DNA of 64,000 bases. Origin: Macrostomum lignano. Lineage: Eukaryota. The stretch lies in NCBI GenBank assembly GCA_002269645.1, contig NIVC01000272.1, positions 310,001-374,000 on the forward strand, read 5' to 3'. Shown in pieces: positions 61,060 to 64,000 of the stretch. The notes below the pieces were generated by a model. It did not search any database. It was not told the DNA's origin and saw nothing but the letters and a program-made list of their open reading frames with translations. Numbering within the stretch: the stretch's first letter is position 1; each line of letters opens with the position of its first letter. A program made the position numbers and the translations under genes.

Positions 61060-62094
61060 TAAGTGAAGTGATTTCATAAGACTATTGGATAACAATATAT
61101 TCAGGGATTCTATTTTGTATGTCATAAATATGACTATCAGCCGGCTAAAATAAGTGTCGGAGGGCGTGGAATATCACGGCGTTGAGAGTAAAGCGTAAAG
61201 CGTCTAGTTAGTAGATAAAATTCGGGTACAAAAATTATCAGGATAAGCAATATTTGCGGATACAGTTTGTTTCCAGGTTAATGTGGTTAGTGTTAGATTA
61301 TATAGCGTTGTAGCTGGCTTCAAAAAATTCACTTTCGTTTGGTCTAGTCTTGTCTCAAGAATAGGCCGCCCTGCTGTGAGGCTGCATTGAACAAAGGAGC
61401 GTACCTGTGGGTGAAGGTGCCTCAGGGATGAGGCGAATTAGTATCTCACCAATTCGCTACAACCCGAGAGCAGGGGTTCATCCCTTGTATTATCCTTTTT
61501 GTTCCCTTGCAACCGGGCCTTCCTAGCACCTCAAGGGTCCAGGTTGGGGCCTTCTGCTGCTTTCAACGCTGTGAAAAGGTGGTGCCATTGTAGGTTGGCC
61601 GGTGAATACGCAATCGTGGCTATCGATTGCTGTTCTTTGGGTTTGATTTCGATGCCGGTATACGCTCGTAATTTAAGGTGTTAAGTAGATAAGTGATAAG
61701 CATGTCGGCTTGGAGTGATAGTGTGCTGGTCGGTCCACGAGGATGGATTAGGGTTGTCGTCACCCTGCTATTCCATACTATGATACGGAAACAAGAGAAC
61801 GCATCTGTGTCGTCGTAGAGGAAGAAGAGCGTGGTGTTGAAGTTCAAGATAGAATAGTCAGAGAGTAGCCAGCGTGGGTATTTAGGATCTGATAGGATGC
61901 GTCGCGTAGTGAGGTGTGTGACGATGTTAGTGGGTATTAGTGGCATGTCAAGCATCTGCTGGTGAATGTCAAACAGTTTCATTTCATCATATCGCGCCGG
62001 CTTGCTTTGAACTACCGTCTGTGCCGCCAGAGCGGTTTGGAATCGCTCTGCGAGTGTTTTAGCCTGGTGGAAATCGTTGCTCGCCGATGTTGTA

Positions 62095-63350
62095 ATGCTT
62101 AAGGCACAAGCGGCAGATGGTAACAGCCTCGTGATGATTATTCAACTGCTTGTGAATGAGTCTTGAAAGATATCTAATCCAAACATAGTGAGCCTCCTCT
62201 AGTAAATTACCAATCACTAGAATATCGACCTCAGTCCGCCTTTTCCCCTCAGGATCTAAAACGTCTTTGCTACATCTGACCGGTTGAACTATCTCAGTTT
62301 TTTCACTCCACTTAAAGACTGTGATTCTAATTTTACATTAGTTAGTTCGTTAGTTATTAAACGTTTCTTCTAGCTTTGGGATCTGAGAGATCGCCAAGCC
62401 TCCTTTGTCAAACCTGATTCCCTTCTTTTCGCATTCGATGAGATAGTACGAGCTAGTTGAAATAATTCTGATAATTTGTGGTTCTTTCAAGGTGGTGAGG
62501 GACACTACCATGAAGAAGTGCAGAAATAACTGCCCATAAAGCACAACAATTGTCTTTATTTTTAACATTTATGCAAGCTTTTTTGCCGGCTAGCTTTTGC
62601 GGGAGCTCTATATAAGACGAGGCTTTAAGTGGGTCATATTTCATGACCATGACAGTCGCTCTTTGAATCCCACGACCCATCCGGAACCTCTGGATGTAAA
62701 CGCTTCAATTTTCTTAGTGACATCTTGAACGAAAGGATCCAGTGTGTCTGTAGGGGTGAATGGCTTTGCCTTTGTTGTCATGTAATACTCGAGATGCTCA
62801 GTGGGTTTTGCAGGCATATAAAACGCAATCTTGAATGATATCTGTAGTTTAAAGGCCTTGCGGGTTTTGACTGTGTGATCAACAACTGATTGGATGCTGT
62901 CTTTATAGTCGTAGGTGTTTGCGGTGGTGCCGTTGGTGTCAGTAATTTGGTTGGTGTCGTTAATTGGGATTGTGTACTCTATATAATGTTCTGTAAACTT
63001 CCTCTGTGACAATTTAATCTCTTCAGTTGCAAGCTCCGACTCTTTTAAATGGATTAATTGCTCTAATTTCTCTTGTTCCTGCTTATTTTGTGGGTACTTT
63101 GCTTTTTCACCAGTGAGAGTTTCGTATTTGTTAACTAAGTTGCGACTCCTCTCTTGGTGTTCCTTCTCAGGATTTTTTATAGGCGCATACTGGTTCGATT
63201 TCCAACTGTTTTTCATAGCTTCCCAGGTGACCAGGGTCGGTTTTAAACTTTTGTTTACATGCTTCTCTTAGTAAATTACTTTTGTCTTGAAATGAGACGC
63301 CTTTTGAAAAATATTTTTTGACTAAATCTTTTGCTGGATTGGCTTTTGGC
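62095..63350 (-). pseudogene. polB: Polinton polB N-terminal region, with stops and frameshifts
   Basis: IEAFTSRGSGW, YDPLKASSYIELP...KKACINVKNKDNCC..WA, HYVWIRYLSRL...ICRLCL. Confidence 0.85.
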
Positions 63351-63620
63351 ATTTTTTTCTCTAAAATAAAAACATTTTTGAGGGTGACCACCCTGATAGA
63401 AAAGTTGAACTGTTTCTCCATCTTATAAGTAGCGTTAGGTTTATGAAGCTGGAAATTAAACCTCATAACATTCACATTCACATTCACATCCGCAATTTTG
63501 CAAACCAAGCATTGTGCAGTGTCATGATGGCTTTGACAATGTCAGACTTGCTTACAGAATTTTCATGCTCACAATAATCACGATCATCACAATCAGGACA
63601 GCCCTCTCCTGCCTTAATTG

Positions 63621-63938
63621 TTATACCTTTGTCTCTTGCAATCTTTGCAATTCAAGCTGGTGGGCTCTATCATTCCCAGCTTTAACAGCAGTTGCTACAC
63701 CTCCAGCTACACCACCTGCGGCACTTACAGCGCCTGAAATGATCGGGATAAGAGCTGCTAATGGTAGGATTCCTCCTGACTTTTCATCTGTGATGCTGTG
63801 TCTTTGCTCATTACACTGAACTATTTGCCGCATGGGATCGATTTTAACTTTGACACCTTTAACTGATATAAGACCTGGTTTCTTTGATTCAATGATTTTA
63901 TTGAGTTTATTGATGGTTCTGGTTTAAACCGATGTCAT
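63621..63938 (-). pseudogene. Adenovirus pX/mu-like small core protein of a Polinton/adintovirus
   Basis: KSGGILPLAALIPIISGAVSAAGGVAGG resembles adenoviral pX (RGG.LP.LIP.I); premature TAA near the upstream ATG. Confidence 0.65.
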
Positions 63939-64000
63939 TTTTTATTTTAATATTTTAATTAATTTCTGTGTCGGCTGGTATCACTAGGAGTTCAGCTCTA

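Larger units (their letters stand above)
58880..62090 (-). mobile_element. Gypsy lineage B, copy 2: 3' accessory region, PPT, LTR (~58880-59925)
   Basis: LTR homologous to 54661-55690; hairpin and PPT at 59930-59967. Confidence 0.8.

Overview
Eukaryotic (animal) genomic DNA. GC-rich exons, GTGAGY donors and minisatellite-filled introns suggest a flatworm such as Macrostomum (inference, not verified). The first ~40 kb holds host genes: ATPase inhibitor IF1, 6-phosphogluconolactonase, an SLC16 transporter, an ankyrin/death-domain protein, a complete 4-exon acetoacetyl-CoA synthetase and KY-like transglutaminase-fold peptidases. These are interspersed with many minisatellites, a P-superfamily transposon (TIRs and 8-bp TSD), a foldback element and a LINE fragment. 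The last ~23 kb (41-64 kb) is a nest of deleted fragments, all on the minus strand, from three Ty3/gypsy lineages (called A, B, C here) and Polinton/adintovirus DNA (polB, dUTPase, PLA2, major capsid, protease, pX-like). The most striking signal is the accessory gene content of the gypsy 3' regions. Lineages A and B carry a divergent gene pair: an antisense ~80-aa coiled-coil/TM/Cys-basic protein resembling a minimal fusogen, and a conserved ~107-aa protein with LC8-type TQ motifs. Lineage C carries a family of tandem double-RING proteins. All homology calls are by motif recognition, without database searches.
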